From the NCBI RefSeq assembly GCF_000025685.1, contig NC_013967.1, forward strand, positions 330,001 through 362,000: 32,000 nt of DNA. Direction: 5' to 3'. A model generated the notes under the pieces. That model was not told the origin of the DNA and did not search any database. It saw only the letters and a program-made list of their open reading frames with translations. Within the stretch, counting starts at the first letter, position 1. Every line of letters starts with the position of its first letter. Positions 12,544 to 22,269 of this stretch are shown piece after piece. The stretch comes from Haloferax volcanii DS2 (lineage in GTDB: Archaea > Halobacteriota > Halobacteria > Halobacteriales > Haloferacaceae). A program made the position numbers and the translations under genes.

Positions 12544-12849
12544 TGTCATTTCTGCACAGTACCTCACAGCCTAGGCTACCGCTGTTTTTGTGACGCTTCC
12601 CACCGTGGTGAATACTGAGTCGTCGCGCTCTACGACTACACAATCGCGACCCGAACGAAGTACCACTCCCCGTCGTACCGGACGAGCTCGGGCCGGTCAG
12701 CGTTGCTGAACGAAAACCGGCTTTGTTCGTCGTCCGAGCGTGACTCGGCCGTCGAGCGCGCTCGGAAACATCGTTCACTTCCGCCGAACCCGACACTTTC
12801 ACCCCGCTCATGGCGGACCCTCTTACCGTCTCGCTCCGAGGGCGTCGGT

Positions 12850-13224
12850 ATGGAAACACGACGAGGCGAACCCCCGTCGGACCCGACGGCCCTCTTTCGA
12901 GCAATCGTCTCGAAACTCCGCGAGACGCGCCGCGGGGTCCACCAACACCGGATGGCGCAGGCGTTGCTCCAGAGAGACGCCAACGGCTCGCGGCTGGTCG
13001 GACTCGCCGCGGACACCCAGCGGGCGGTCTTCTTCAACCCCGCGTCGCGGACGCTCGAACTGATACCGTTCGACCGGGAGGGAACGCACGAGGAGCGCGC
13101 GGAGGTGCTGTCGCGTCGGCTGAGCGACCCGTCGTCGTGGGTCGAGGCCAACGCCGCGGGGCTGTCGTGGGTGCACCCGCACTTCCGGTGGGTCTGCGGG
13201 CTGGACGACGCTGGACGGTCGTGA
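12850..13224 (+). CDS. Hypothetical protein (124 aa)
   Basis: Internal ATG of listed ORF 12703..13224. From METRRGEPPSDPTALFRAIV onward, third positions are strongly GC-rich and the composition is protein-like. The competing minus-strand ORFs are S/R-rich. Confidence 0.55.
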   Translation: METRRGEPPSDPTALFRAIVSKLRETRRGVHQHRMAQALLQRDANGSRLVGLAADTQRAVFFNPASRTLELIPFDREGTHEERAEVLSRRLSDPSSWVEANAAGLSWVHPHFRWVCGLDDAGRS

Positions 13225-13272
13225 GCCGGCAGTCGCGAGTCGGCAATCCGCTGTCACGTCCGACCGTGACCG

Positions 13273-13560
13273 ATGTCCGACCGTGAAGAATTATACGCAC
13301 GCCGCGCGCACAACACGTCCATGAACGACGAGGAACTCGACGAACTCCGGTCGTCGCTCACGCCCTACGAGTCCAACGGCGGCGTCACCACCTACCAAAA
13401 CACCGTCTCTATCGCCTGTCCGGCGTGCGAGAAGCCGTTCGACGACTTGGTCGTCTGCGAGAACGACTACAACAGCCTCGAACTGAGCATGATGCTCGAC
13501 CTCTGTGTGACCCAACACGACGGCGACGTGCTCCTGTTCACGCACAAACAAGAGGAGTAA
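13273..13560 (+). CDS. Small conserved-type acidic protein with CPAC motif (95 aa)
   Basis: Clean acidic ORF containing SIACPACEKPFDDLVVCEN. No function recognised. Confidence 0.7.
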   Translation: MSDREELYARRAHNTSMNDEELDELRSSLTPYESNGGVTTYQNTVSIACPACEKPFDDLVVCENDYNSLELSMMLDLCVTQHDGDVLLFTHKQEE

Positions 13561-13698
13561 GCGGTCGTGGCGGTCGGACGCGGGCCACCGTTTCAGCCTC
13601 CCGGTTACGAGTCCGTCACTCCGCGCCCGTCTCGCCAGTCGCGGCCGGTGGATTCTCGTCGGCCAAAAACAAGTGGTCGAACGGGAGCGACCGCCGGG

Positions 13699-15018
13699 TT
13701 ATTCCTGCGGCGGGAGGCCGTTTTCGTCGATGACCTCGCCGTCGTCGTCGACGGTGACGATGCCGCGGTTGTTGACCGCGTAGGGGTCCAAGCCGACCTC
13801 TTGGAGGAACTGCTTGTAGAGTCGCTCGGCCGTCTCGGCGTCTTTCTGGCGGTCCGAGGCGCGGTCGCAGAGTTCGACGAGGTCTTCGGGTACGTCGTTT
13901 TCGTGGACGATCCAGTGGTTGATGAGGTCCGACAGCCGGCGGATTGGCGAGGTGAAGTGGCCGTAGATGTCGAAGTTGAGCGCGTAGTGGCCGCCGAAGG
14001 GGTCGTTCATGTACTTCGCGCGGGGCATGACCTTCAGCACGGCGCGCTGAATCTTGTTGAGCGTGCGGGAGTTCGCGCTCTCCAAGGCGTCGTTGACGGC
14101 CTTTCGGGGCTCGTCCCACGACGTAGACTGGATGCTCACGCCGTCGAGTTCGGTGATTTCGCGGAGCGCCTTGTCCCACTGGTCGGGAGTCGGCTGCGGG
14201 TGGACGCGGTACATCGCCTCGACGCCGCGGTTCCACATGAGTTCGTGCGTGACGGCCTTGTTCGCCTTCAGCATGCACTCCTCGATGATGGTGTGGGCGC
14301 GGTCGCGGCTCGGGTTGAGGACGAGCGAGCCGTCTTCCTTGCGCTGTTCGTGGAGTTGGTCCGCGAGGTCGAAGACCAGCGCGTTCTCCTCGTGGAGGGG
14401 GAGGTCGGGGTCTTCCAGCCGGTTTTCACACTGCGTGTAGGTGAGCCGTTCGTTGGAGTGGATGACGGACTTGTAGATGTCGATAGACTCGAACGAGAGC
14501 GTGTCCTTCTTGATTTCCATCTCGACGGTGTGGGCGAGGCGGTCCTCCTCGGGGACGAGAGAACAGACCGTCTCGGCCAGCGCCGGCGGGAGCATGTGGA
14601 TGGTGTAGGCGGGGAGGTAGACGGTGTTGCCGCGCTTGACGGCCTCGGCCCACATCTCCGAGCCGGGGTGGACGTAGTGGGTCACGTCGGCGATGTGGAC
14701 CCACAGCGTGTACGTCTCCTCGTTCTCGCGGATGCTCAGGGCGTCGTCGAAGTCCTGGGCGTCGACGGGGTCGGTCGTCCACGTCGTGAGGTCGCGGAGG
14801 TCTTTGCGGTGTTCGAGTTCGTCTTCGATCTCCTCGTGGACGCCGTCGGTGCGCGCACGCGCCTCCGAGAGGACTTCCGGCGGGAACGCGTCACGAATCT
14901 CGAACTCCTCGAACAGTTCCTCGCGCTTGTTCTGGAGGTGTCGCGCGAGTTCGGCGTCTATCTCCACCGGTCCTTGCCCTTCGGCGGTCCCGGCGTACGC
15001 CTGCGCGTCGTCTGACAT
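13699..15018 (-). CDS. rnr: RNase R / RNase II family exoribonuclease (RNB domain only, 439 aa)
   Basis: RNB motifs are readable: DPVDAQDFDDALS, LWVHIADVTHYV, TVYLPAYTIHMLP and FTSPIRRLSDLINH. Start taken at MSDDAQAY (ATG 15018). A GTG at 15060 is an alternative. Confidence 0.85.
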   Translation of the reverse strand: MSDDAQAYAGTAEGQGPVEIDAELARHLQNKREELFEEFEIRDAFPPEVLSEARARTDGVHEEIEDELEHRKDLRDLTTWTTDPVDAQDFDDALSIRENEETYTLWVHIADVTHYVHPGSEMWAEAVKRGNTVYLPAYTIHMLPPALAETVCSLVPEEDRLAHTVEMEIKKDTLSFESIDIYKSVIHSNERLTYTQCENRLEDPDLPLHEENALVFDLADQLHEQRKEDGSLVLNPSRDRAHTIIEECMLKANKAVTHELMWNRGVEAMYRVHPQPTPDQWDKALREITELDGVSIQSTSWDEPRKAVNDALESANSRTLNKIQRAVLKVMPRAKYMNDPFGGHYALNFDIYGHFTSPIRRLSDLINHWIVHENDVPEDLVELCDRASDRQKDAETAERLYKQFLQEVGLDPYAVNNRGIVTVDDDGEVIDENGLPPQE

Positions 15019-15138
15019 AGCCCCGACTAGACGGGGCAGGGAGAAATGAGTGTCGGGCACGAGCTGCGACGTACGAGAATCGATATCACTCGTCGGCGCG
15101 CGTTTGTGTGGCCCGGCGACGGGCCGCCGAACCCGTCT

Positions 15139-15441
15139 TCAGCGACCGCGCTCGCCGGGCGATTCGTACCGCTCTTTGACCGCGTCGAAGTAGCGAAGCA
15201 GGAACTCCTCGTCGGAGATGCCGCGTTCTTCGATGTCGCCGAGGAGGCCTTCGAGTTCCTCGCGGGGCTGGTGGCAGAGTCCCCGGTAACAGGACTTACA
15301 GAGGTGTTCGAACCGCTTGCCGTGTCGTTCCCAGCGGTTCCCCTCTTTGTCGTACTCGCGCGCCGCCGACCGGAGGACCGCGTCACCGCATGCGATGCAC
15401 ACGACACGATTCCGGTCCCGGTTCGTCCGGGAGCGCCACAT
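15139..15441 (-). CDS. Zinc-ribbon protein (100 aa)
   Basis: Contains CIACGD...CKSCYRGLC, with an acidic C-terminal half. Confidence 0.75.
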   Translation of the reverse strand: MWRSRTNRDRNRVVCIACGDAVLRSAAREYDKEGNRWERHGKRFEHLCKSCYRGLCHQPREELEGLLGDIEERGISDEEFLLRYFDAVKERYESPGERGR

Positions 15442-15602
15442 ATGAGGGGAGTGGACCCAGTCGTACTTAGCAGTTTATCCTGTTACAGTCTGACGCGCGC
15501 CCGACGCCAACGCGGTTCGCTCTCGACCGGCCGCCGTGGGACATCACCGACCACTCGACGCGGAGCGGTCGATTTATCGGCCGTGAGCGTCCACGACCCG
15601 GT

Positions 15603-16082
15603 ATGAAGGTCAAGTCCCGCCACCACCTCCGAAGCGACGAGATCGACGCGCTGTGCGACTCCATCGAATCGTCCCTCGGCGTCGCCCTCGCTGGCGACGC
15701 GTTCGAGGCGGTCGAGTTCGCGGACGCCGACTACGAGGTCGTCCTCGTCGACGGCGAGCCGGCGGTCATGTACGTCGACGACCAGCCGTTTCTCACGGTC
15801 AAGGGCGCGAACCAGTTCCCGCCGACGACGAACGTCGTCACGGTCGACGCTGGCGCGGTCTCGTTCGTCTCCAGCGGGGCCGACGTGATGCGCCCCGGCA
15901 TCACCGAGGCCGACGAGTCCATCGAGGCGGGCGATCTGGTGGTCATCGCGGAGGAGACCCACGGCAAGGTGCTCGCCGTGGGTCGCGCGCTCGAAGACGG
16001 GGCCGACCTCGTCGGTGACTCCGGCAAGGTCGTCGAATCCATCCACCACGTCGGCGACGACCTCTTCGAGTTCTCGGTCTGA
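15603..16082 (+). CDS. PUA-domain RNA-binding protein (159 aa)
   Basis: The C-terminal VDAGAVSFVSSGADVMRPGI...GDLVVIAEETHGKVLAVGRAL matches the PUA pattern. Confidence 0.8.
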   Translation: MKVKSRHHLRSDEIDALCDSIESSLGVALAGDAFEAVEFADADYEVVLVDGEPAVMYVDDQPFLTVKGANQFPPTTNVVTVDAGAVSFVSSGADVMRPGITEADESIEAGDLVVIAEETHGKVLAVGRALEDGADLVGDSGKVVESIHHVGDDLFEFSV

Positions 16083-16124
16083 GCCGACCGCCGCGGTCTC
16101 AGGATCGGCGTGCGCTCCGCCCGG

Positions 16125-16805
16125 CTACGCTTCGGCGTACTTCTCCAGCGCCGCCTCGTACCCCTCCCGCGCCATCGAGAACGTCTCCCGCAGGTCGCGC
16201 AGCGGCGTCTCCGTCGCGTCGACGCGGAGGTCGTTGTAGTACGGCTCCATCTCGCGGTCCTCGGTCGAAGTCACGACGACGGCCGCGCTCTGGATGGCGA
16301 GGTCGTCGCGCTTGTCGCCGCCCGCGGCGTGCCCCGAGCCGAGCGCGTCGATGAGTCGTTTCGCGAGCGGCTCGTCGCCGCCGGCGGTCCGCTCGTACGC
16401 GTCGGCGGTGGCGTCGACGACCGCCTCGCCCGTGAGCAGGTTGCCCGCGACGGTGTAGGCGTCGCCCTCGCGGTGGCCCGCCCAGCCGAGGCAGTCGTCG
16501 CCGGTGAAAGCGAACGTCGCCTCGGAACCGACGCCGTGGAGCTGTCGTTCCGCCCGGCCGTCGTCGGCGTTCAACAGCGCCTGTAAGGCGTCGTCGACGG
16601 CGAGGCCGTCTTCGAGGTAGTCCATGCCTTTTCCCCCGAGTCCGACGTTCGTCAGCGCCTGTGTCGCCACCGCGCCGTGTTCGGTTGCGAACGGGCAGAG
16701 CGCGCCGACGCCCGGCAGGCGGGTCGTCACGGCGACGCCGAAGCGGTGCTGGTCGTCGCCGTCGGCGTCGACGTACGGCTCGCGGACGCAGATGCTGAAG
16801 GTCAT
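16125..16805 (-). CDS. DUF1028 family (Ntn-hydrolase-fold) protein (226 aa)
   Basis: Starts MTFSICVRE. Also has GAVATQALTN and RQLHGVGSEATFAFTG...TVAGNLL, typical of DUF1028. The upstream part of listed ORF 16125..17036 is R-rich non-coding. Confidence 0.8.
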   Translation of the reverse strand: MTFSICVREPYVDADGDDQHRFGVAVTTRLPGVGALCPFATEHGAVATQALTNVGLGGKGMDYLEDGLAVDDALQALLNADDGRAERQLHGVGSEATFAFTGDDCLGWAGHREGDAYTVAGNLLTGEAVVDATADAYERTAGGDEPLAKRLIDALGSGHAAGGDKRDDLAIQSAAVVVTSTEDREMEPYYNDLRVDATETPLRDLRETFSMAREGYEAALEKYAEA

Positions 16806-17025
16806 CGTGTTCGTCTGCCCCCGCGCGCCGCTGGCTAAAAACACCCGGCGAAACGCCGCGACCGCCCCGCGCGCGTCGGACGCCCGTTGGAACCGCCGAC
16901 TCCACGGTCGCACGCGCTCGCGGCGGTTCTGCCGGCGATTCGGCGCGTCGTCGGGGCGAGACCTGTCTGAAATCAGACAATCGTCTGACGTAAGAACTAA
17001 CCCCGTTGTGGCCTCTCTACGTCCT

Positions 17026-17382
17026 ATGGGTATCATGAGTAAGATTCTCGGTGGTGGTGGTTCCCGAACGACCGAGGACTACGTCGAACTCGACCTCGAC
17101 GACTTCGACACCGCTCGCGGCGACGCCGGCCTCTCGGTTCATATCGCCGAAATCGGCGGCCAGCAGGACGTTATCGCCATCAAGGACGCCGTCTACGACG
17201 GCAACCTGGTCATCGCGGACATCACCCGCCACACGACCTCCGACAGCACGATGGAGCACATCATCGACGATCTCCGACAGGTCGCGCGCGAGGTCGACGG
17301 CGACATCGTCCAGAAAGGCGACGACCAAATCGTCATCACGCCCACGGGCATCTCTATCTCGCGGCAGAAGCTCAACGGCTGA
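17026..17382 (+). CDS. sepF: Archaeal SepF cell-division protein (118 aa)
   Basis: MGIMSKILGGGGS forms an N-terminal amphipathic/linker segment. It is followed by a DUF552-like core (DVIAIKDAVYDGNLVIADI...IIDDLRQVAREVDGDIV...IVITP). Lying directly upstream of uvrA matches my memory of Haloferax volcanii. Confidence 0.8.
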   Translation: MGIMSKILGGGGSRTTEDYVELDLDDFDTARGDAGLSVHIAEIGGQQDVIAIKDAVYDGNLVIADITRHTTSDSTMEHIIDDLRQVAREVDGDIVQKGDDQIVITPTGISISRQKLNG

Positions 17383-17501
17383 CGACGGCGGACGACACCC
17401 GCTTACGCTCCGATTTCTCCCCGACTCGCAGCCGCGAGCGATGCGGCTCGAACGGCCCGAATCGATGGCTATTCGGTCCTCTCGTTCCTAGAGTCGTCCG
17501 A

Positions 17502-20453
17502 ATGAGCAAGGACTACATCGAGGTTCGCGGTGCCGAAGAGCACAACCTCAAGAACCTCGACGTTCGCATCCCCCGCGAGACGTTCACCGTCGTCACCGGC
17601 CTGTCGGGGTCAGGCAAGTCCTCCCTCGCGTTCGACACCGTCTACGCGGAGGGCCAGCGGCGGTACATCGAGTCGCTTTCGGCCTACGCGCGGAACTTCC
17701 TCGGGCAGATGGACAAGCCGAAAGTCGAGGCCGTCGAGGGCCTCTCGCCCGCCATCTCCATCGACCAGAAGAACGGGGCCAACAACCCCCGGTCGACCGT
17801 CGGGACCGTCACCGAACTCCACGACTACCTCCGCCTCCTGTACGCCCGCGTGGGCACCCAGTACGACCCCATCACGGGCGCGGAGGTCGGCGAGCAGTCC
17901 GCACAGGACATGGTCGACCAGATTCTCGAACTCCCCGAAGGGACCCGCGCGAAGGTCGTCGCGCCGGTCGTCCGCGACCAGAAAGGCGAGTTCAAAGACC
18001 TGTTTTCGGACCTCGTCTCCGAGGGCTACGCCCGCGTCGAGGTCGACGGCGAGGAGTTCGACCTCTCGTTCGAGACGCCCGACCTCGACAAGAACTACGA
18101 CCACACCATCGACGTGGTGGTCGACCGCGTGAAAGTCGCGCCCGAGGCGCGCTCCCGCATCGCCGACTCCGTCGAGACCGCGCTTGAGGAGGCCGGCGGC
18201 GTCCTCAAACTCATCGTCCCCGACCCGCCGGCGGACCTGCCCTTCGCCTCCAACACCCGGTCGACCGGGTCGCTCGCGGGCGAGGGCGACGACCGCCTCG
18301 TCGTCGAGTTCTCCGAGGAACTCGGCAACCCGAACTCGTCGTTCCGATTCTCCGAAATCGAGACGCGCTCGTTCTCGTTCAACAGCCCCCACGGGGCCTG
18401 CCCGGAGTGTGAGGGCCTCGGCAAGGCCAAGGAGGTCGACCCCGACCTCGTCGTCACCGACCCCTCGAAGCCGCTGAAGCACGTCTTCGAGCCGTGGAGC
18501 TACAACCGGACGTACTACCGCCGCCAGCTCGACAACGTCGCGGACCACTTCGGCGTCAGCGTCGACACGCCGTTCGAGGAACTTTCCGACGAGGTGCAGG
18601 ACGCCTTCCTGTTCGGCACGAGCGAGGACGTGGTGTTCGAGTGGACGACGAAAAACGGCACGCGCCACAAGGAACACCCCTTCGAGGGCGTCGTCGGCAA
18701 CCTCGAACGCCGTCACGTCGAGACGGACTCCGACCGGACGCGCGACCACATCGAGGAGTTCATGGCCGTCACGACCTGCCCCGACTGCAACGGCTCGCGG
18801 CTCAAAGAGCAGTCCCGGCACGTCCGCGTCGGCGGCACGACGCTCCCCGAGGTCAACCGCATGACCATCGCGGGCGCGCTCGAACACTTCGAGGGCCTCG
18901 AAGCCGACCTCTCGGAGCGCCACCGGACCATCGCACAGGAGATTCTCAAGGAGATTCGCGCCCGCCTCGGCTTCATGACCGAAGTCGGCCTCGAATACCT
19001 CACCTTGGACCGCGAGGCCGCCACGCTCTCGGGCGGCGAGTCCCAGCGCATCCGCCTCGCCACGCAGGTCGGCTCCGGCCTCGTGGGCGTCCTCTACGTC
19101 CTCGACGAGCCGTCCATCGGCCTCCACCAGCGCGACAACGACAAGCTGCTCAACACGCTCGAAGGCCTCCGCGACCTCGGTAACACGCTCATCGTCGTCG
19201 AACACGACGAGGAGACGATGCGCCGGGCCGACGAAATCATCGACATGGGTCCCGGTCCGGGCAAGCGCGGCGGCGAGGTCGTCGCGCAGGGCGACTTCGA
19301 CGACATCGTCGCGGCCGACGACTCCATCACGGCCGACTACCTCTCGGGCCGCAAGGACATCGACGTGCCCGAGAGCCGCCGCGAGGGCGACGGCGAACTC
19401 GTCGTCCGCGGCGCGCGCCAGCACAACCTCGACGACCTCGACGTGCCGATTCCCCTCGAGACGTTCACGGCCGTCACCGGCGTCTCGGGGTCGGGCAAGT
19501 CCACCCTGATGCACGAGATTCTCTACAAGGGGCTCGCCCGTCGGATGAACGACAACACCTCCGTCGACCCCGGCGAGCACGACGCCATCGAGGGCTACGA
19601 CGACATCGAGACGGTGCGGCTCATCGACCAGTCGCCCATCGGCCGCACCCCGCGGTCGAACCCGGCGACGTACACCGGCGTCTTCGACTACGTCCGCGAG
19701 CTGTTCGCGGAGACGAAGCTCTCGAAACAGCGCGGCTACGAGAAGGGGCGGTTCTCCTTCAACGTCAAGGGCGGCCGCTGTGAGGCCTGCAAGGGACAGG
19801 GCAACGTCAAAATCGAGATGAACTTCCTCTCGGACGTGTACGTGCCCTGCGAGGAGTGCAACGGCGCGCGCTACAACGCCGAGACGCTCGACGTGACGTA
19901 CAAGGACAAGACCATCGCCGACGTGCTCGACATGGAAGTCGACGAGGCGCTCGACTTCTTCGAGGCGAACTCGCAGATTCGCCGCCGCCTCCAACTGCTC
20001 CACGACGTGGGCCTCGGCTACATGCAGCTCGGCCAGCCGTCGACCACGCTCTCCGGCGGCGAGGCCCAGCGCGTCAAACTCGCGGAAGAACTCGGCAAGA
20101 AGCAGACCGGCGACACGCTGTATCTGCTCGACGAGCCGACGACGGGTCTCCACAAGGAAGACGAGCGGAAGCTCATCGAGGTGCTCCAGCGCCTCGTCGA
20201 CAACGGCAACACCGTGCTCGTGGTCGAACACGAACTCGACCTCGTGAAGAACGCCGACCACATCGTCGACCTCGGCCCCGAGGGCGGCGCGGGCGGCGGC
20301 ACGATTGTCGCCAGCGGCACGCCCGAGGAAATCGCCGCGAACCCCGACTCCCACACGGGCCGGTACCTCCGCGACTACCTCCCCGACGTGGACGAGGAGG
20401 GGCCGCGGTCGGACCGCCGCAAGCCCGCGAAAGTGACGAACGACGACGACTGA
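17502..20453 (+). CDS. uvrA: Excinuclease ABC subunit A
   Basis: 983 aa with two ABC modules (GLSGSGKSSLAFDT, GVSGSGKSTL; LSGGE signatures twice) and zinc-finger CxxC pairs (CPECEG, CPDCNG, CEACKGQG, CEECNG). Confidence 0.97.
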   Translation: MSKDYIEVRGAEEHNLKNLDVRIPRETFTVVTGLSGSGKSSLAFDTVYAEGQRRYIESLSAYARNFLGQMDKPKVEAVEGLSPAISIDQKNGANNPRSTVGTVTELHDYLRLLYARVGTQYDPITGAEVGEQSAQDMVDQILELPEGTRAKVVAPVVRDQKGEFKDLFSDLVSEGYARVEVDGEEFDLSFETPDLDKNYDHTIDVVVDRVKVAPEARSRIADSVETALEEAGGVLKLIVPDPPADLPFASNTRSTGSLAGEGDDRLVVEFSEELGNPNSSFRFSEIETRSFSFNSPHGACPECEGLGKAKEVDPDLVVTDPSKPLKHVFEPWSYNRTYYRRQLDNVADHFGVSVDTPFEELSDEVQDAFLFGTSEDVVFEWTTKNGTRHKEHPFEGVVGNLERRHVETDSDRTRDHIEEFMAVTTCPDCNGSRLKEQSRHVRVGGTTLPEVNRMTIAGALEHFEGLEADLSERHRTIAQEILKEIRARLGFMTEVGLEYLTLDREAATLSGGESQRIRLATQVGSGLVGVLYVLDEPSIGLHQRDNDKLLNTLEGLRDLGNTLIVVEHDEETMRRADEIIDMGPGPGKRGGEVVAQGDFDDIVAADDSITADYLSGRKDIDVPESRREGDGELVVRGARQHNLDDLDVPIPLETFTAVTGVSGSGKSTLMHEILYKGLARRMNDNTSVDPGEHDAIEGYDDIETVRLIDQSPIGRTPRSNPATYTGVFDYVRELFAETKLSKQRGYEKGRFSFNVKGGRCEACKGQGNVKIEMNFLSDVYVPCEECNGARYNAETLDVTYKDKTIADVLDMEVDEALDFFEANSQIRRRLQLLHDVGLGYMQLGQPSTTLSGGEAQRVKLAEELGKKQTGDTLYLLDEPTTGLHKEDERKLIEVLQRLVDNGNTVLVVEHELDLVKNADHIVDLGPEGGAGGGTIVASGTPEEIAANPDSHTGRYLRDYLPDVDEEGPRSDRRKPAKVTNDDD

Positions 20454-20584
20454 GCCGCGCGTCGCCGTAACCGCGACGTTTCGTTTTCACGCTCGGGTCG
20501 GCCGACGGCCGCTCGCCGGGCGAGACGCTTTCGCCAATCAAACTACTCCGGGGAAAGACATTTCCGACCGTTTCGCGTCTCTCC

Positions 20585-21007
20585 ATGTGTATGTCACGCA
20601 TACTCAAAACGTCGGGGTTCCTCGGGCTCGCGACGATGATGGTGGTGGGACTGTACCAGTACACGCTGCTGGAATCTGGGGGCGTGCCGTCGTGGCTGGT
20701 GGGCGGCCACGCGCACTTGGGTGTGCTGTCGATTCTCGCGGTCGTGATGGGGTTCGCGGTGGACGCGTTCGCACTCACGGGGAGACTCCGGGCGGCGGTG
20801 AGCGGGCTGTTCGTCGTCGGGCAGTGGCTGTTACCGCTCACCATCTGGGTCGGCGTCGGGTTCGGGCTGACGTTCCTGATTCCGACGACGTTCCTGTGGG
20901 GGGTCTGTCTCATCGTCTCCATGCTCATCATGGCGTGGCAGGCGTGGGTCAGCGAGCCGACGACGCCCGGGGAGATGCCGGGCCCCGCGTCGCCGGCCGA
21001 CGACTGA
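20585..21007 (+). CDS. Integral membrane protein (140 aa, about 4 TM)
   Basis: Four hydrophobic helices and an acidic/proline-rich tail. Confidence 0.7.
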   Translation: MCMSRILKTSGFLGLATMMVVGLYQYTLLESGGVPSWLVGGHAHLGVLSILAVVMGFAVDAFALTGRLRAAVSGLFVVGQWLLPLTIWVGVGFGLTFLIPTTFLWGVCLIVSMLIMAWQAWVSEPTTPGEMPGPASPADD

Positions 21008-21177
21008 GCGTCCGCGGACTTTTTTCAGCATCGACCGTCCTTCAGCGCCGCCGGTACCACCAGTAGCCGACGCCCGCGAGCGCGAGGGCCACGACGAGCG
21101 CCGGGACCTGTCGTCGTCGCTCCCACCGCGACTCACCCCGCACCCGCGTTTTTCATCCCCGAGCGCCTACGTCCCCC

Positions 21178-22194
21178 ATGCAGCTCTACGCCGCCGCCAA
21201 CGGCGCGGTCCTCGCGGTCGCGGGGTCGCCCGACGACTCGACCACCCGCCGGCGACTCGGCGAGCACCGAATCGAGTGCGTCGCGGCCGACCCACGCGCG
21301 CCGGACCGGGCGTTCTGCGGGACCTTCGACGCCGGCGTCTTCCGCACGACCGACGGCGGGGCGTCGTGGCACGCGGTCGGCACCGACGCGCTCCCCGAGT
21401 CGGTGACGAGCCTCGCCGTCTCTCCGGCCGCCCCCGACGTGGTCTACGCCGGCACCGAGCCCTCGGCCGTCTTCCGCTCCCGCGACGGCGGCGAGACGTG
21501 GGCCGAACTCGCGCCGCTTTCGGCCCTCGATTCGGCGTCGTCGTGGGCGTTCCCGCCCCGCCCCCACACCCACCACGTCCGCTGGATAGAGCCGGACCCG
21601 ACCGACGCCGACCGACTGTTCGTCGCGGTCGAAGCCGGGGCGCTCGTCCGCTCTTTCGACGGCGGGGAGACGTGGCAAGACCGCGTGGCGTCGAGCAAGC
21701 GAGACACGCACTCGATGGCGACGCACCTCGACCGGCCGGGTCGCGTCTGGGTCGCCGCGGGCGACGGCTACGCCGAGACCGACGACGCGGGCGAGACGTG
21801 GACGACGCCGACCGCGGGGCTCGGCCACGGCTACTGCTGGAGCGTCGCCATCGACCCCGCGGACCCGGAGTCGGTGCTTCTGACGGCCGCCTCCGGGCCG
21901 ATGCGCGCTCACCGAGTCGAGTCGGCGGCGGCGTACCTCTACCGCAGGCGGGACTCGCCGGACGACGAGGGCGACGGCGACGAGTCGTGGGACCGACTCG
22001 ACGAGACCGGCCTGCCGACCGGGTCGGGCGCGACCCGCGCGGTCTTGGCCGCCGGGCGAACCGGCGGCGAGTGCTACGCTGCGAACGACCGCGGTCTCTA
22101 TCGGACGACCGATTTCGGTGACTCGTGGGACCGAATCGAAGTCCCGTGGGACGGGACGCGGCGGACCGCGGCGGGGCTGGCGGTCGTCGCGTAG
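21178..22194 (+). CDS. BNR/Asp-box repeat beta-propeller protein (338 aa)
   Basis: Repeated S/T-x-D-x-G-x-S/T-W motifs: TTDGGASW, SRDGGETW, SFDGGETW, TDDAGETW and TTDFGDSW. Confidence 0.8.
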   Translation: MQLYAAANGAVLAVAGSPDDSTTRRRLGEHRIECVAADPRAPDRAFCGTFDAGVFRTTDGGASWHAVGTDALPESVTSLAVSPAAPDVVYAGTEPSAVFRSRDGGETWAELAPLSALDSASSWAFPPRPHTHHVRWIEPDPTDADRLFVAVEAGALVRSFDGGETWQDRVASSKRDTHSMATHLDRPGRVWVAAGDGYAETDDAGETWTTPTAGLGHGYCWSVAIDPADPESVLLTAASGPMRAHRVESAAAYLYRRRDSPDDEGDGDESWDRLDETGLPTGSGATRAVLAAGRTGGECYAANDRGLYRTTDFGDSWDRIEVPWDGTRRTAAGLAVVA

Positions 22195-22269
22195 TCGGGC
22201 GGTTTCCATCGGGGCGGTTCCCTCGTCCGAAGCGAGAAGATTCATGGGTCGGCGCGGCGACGCCCAACC

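Larger units (their letters stand above)
1..12630. mobile_element. Integrated virus- or plasmid-like element (left end outside window, right end approximate)
   Basis: Contains two tyrosine recombinase genes (7199..7783, 10784..11785), three RHH regulators, a SWIM zinc-finger ORF and a small packaging-type P-loop ATPase. Also has many short translationally coupled ORFs with no housekeeping signature, an AT-rich cargo island (about 7790-9900) and a repeat-rich non-coding tract after the second integrase. Recognisable chromosomal genes begin only to the right. Confidence 0.65.

Noticed and set aside
12636-12760. Minus-strand coding-like tail ...SDDEQSRFSFSNADRPELVRYDGEWYFVRVAIV
   Set aside because: Third positions are GC-rich, but there is no ATG/GTG/TTG in frame before it runs into the better-supported plus-strand gene 12850..13224. 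At most it is a gene remnant, so I did not call it as a CDS.
13567-15015. 482-aa ORF antisense to the RNase R-like gene
   Set aside because: It is a V/D/G/R-rich antisense shadow. The minus-strand frame has the RNB motifs.
17610-20354. 914-aa ORF antisense to uvrA
   Set aside because: It lies entirely inside the unmistakable uvrA gene. Its V/A/G/R/E/D-rich product is the usual antisense shadow in high-GC genomes.
21040-21141. Possible 33-aa minus-strand membrane peptide (…RQVPALVVALALAGVGYWWYRRR)
   Set aside because: It is plausible but very short, with only a GTG start and no coupling or conservation evidence available.
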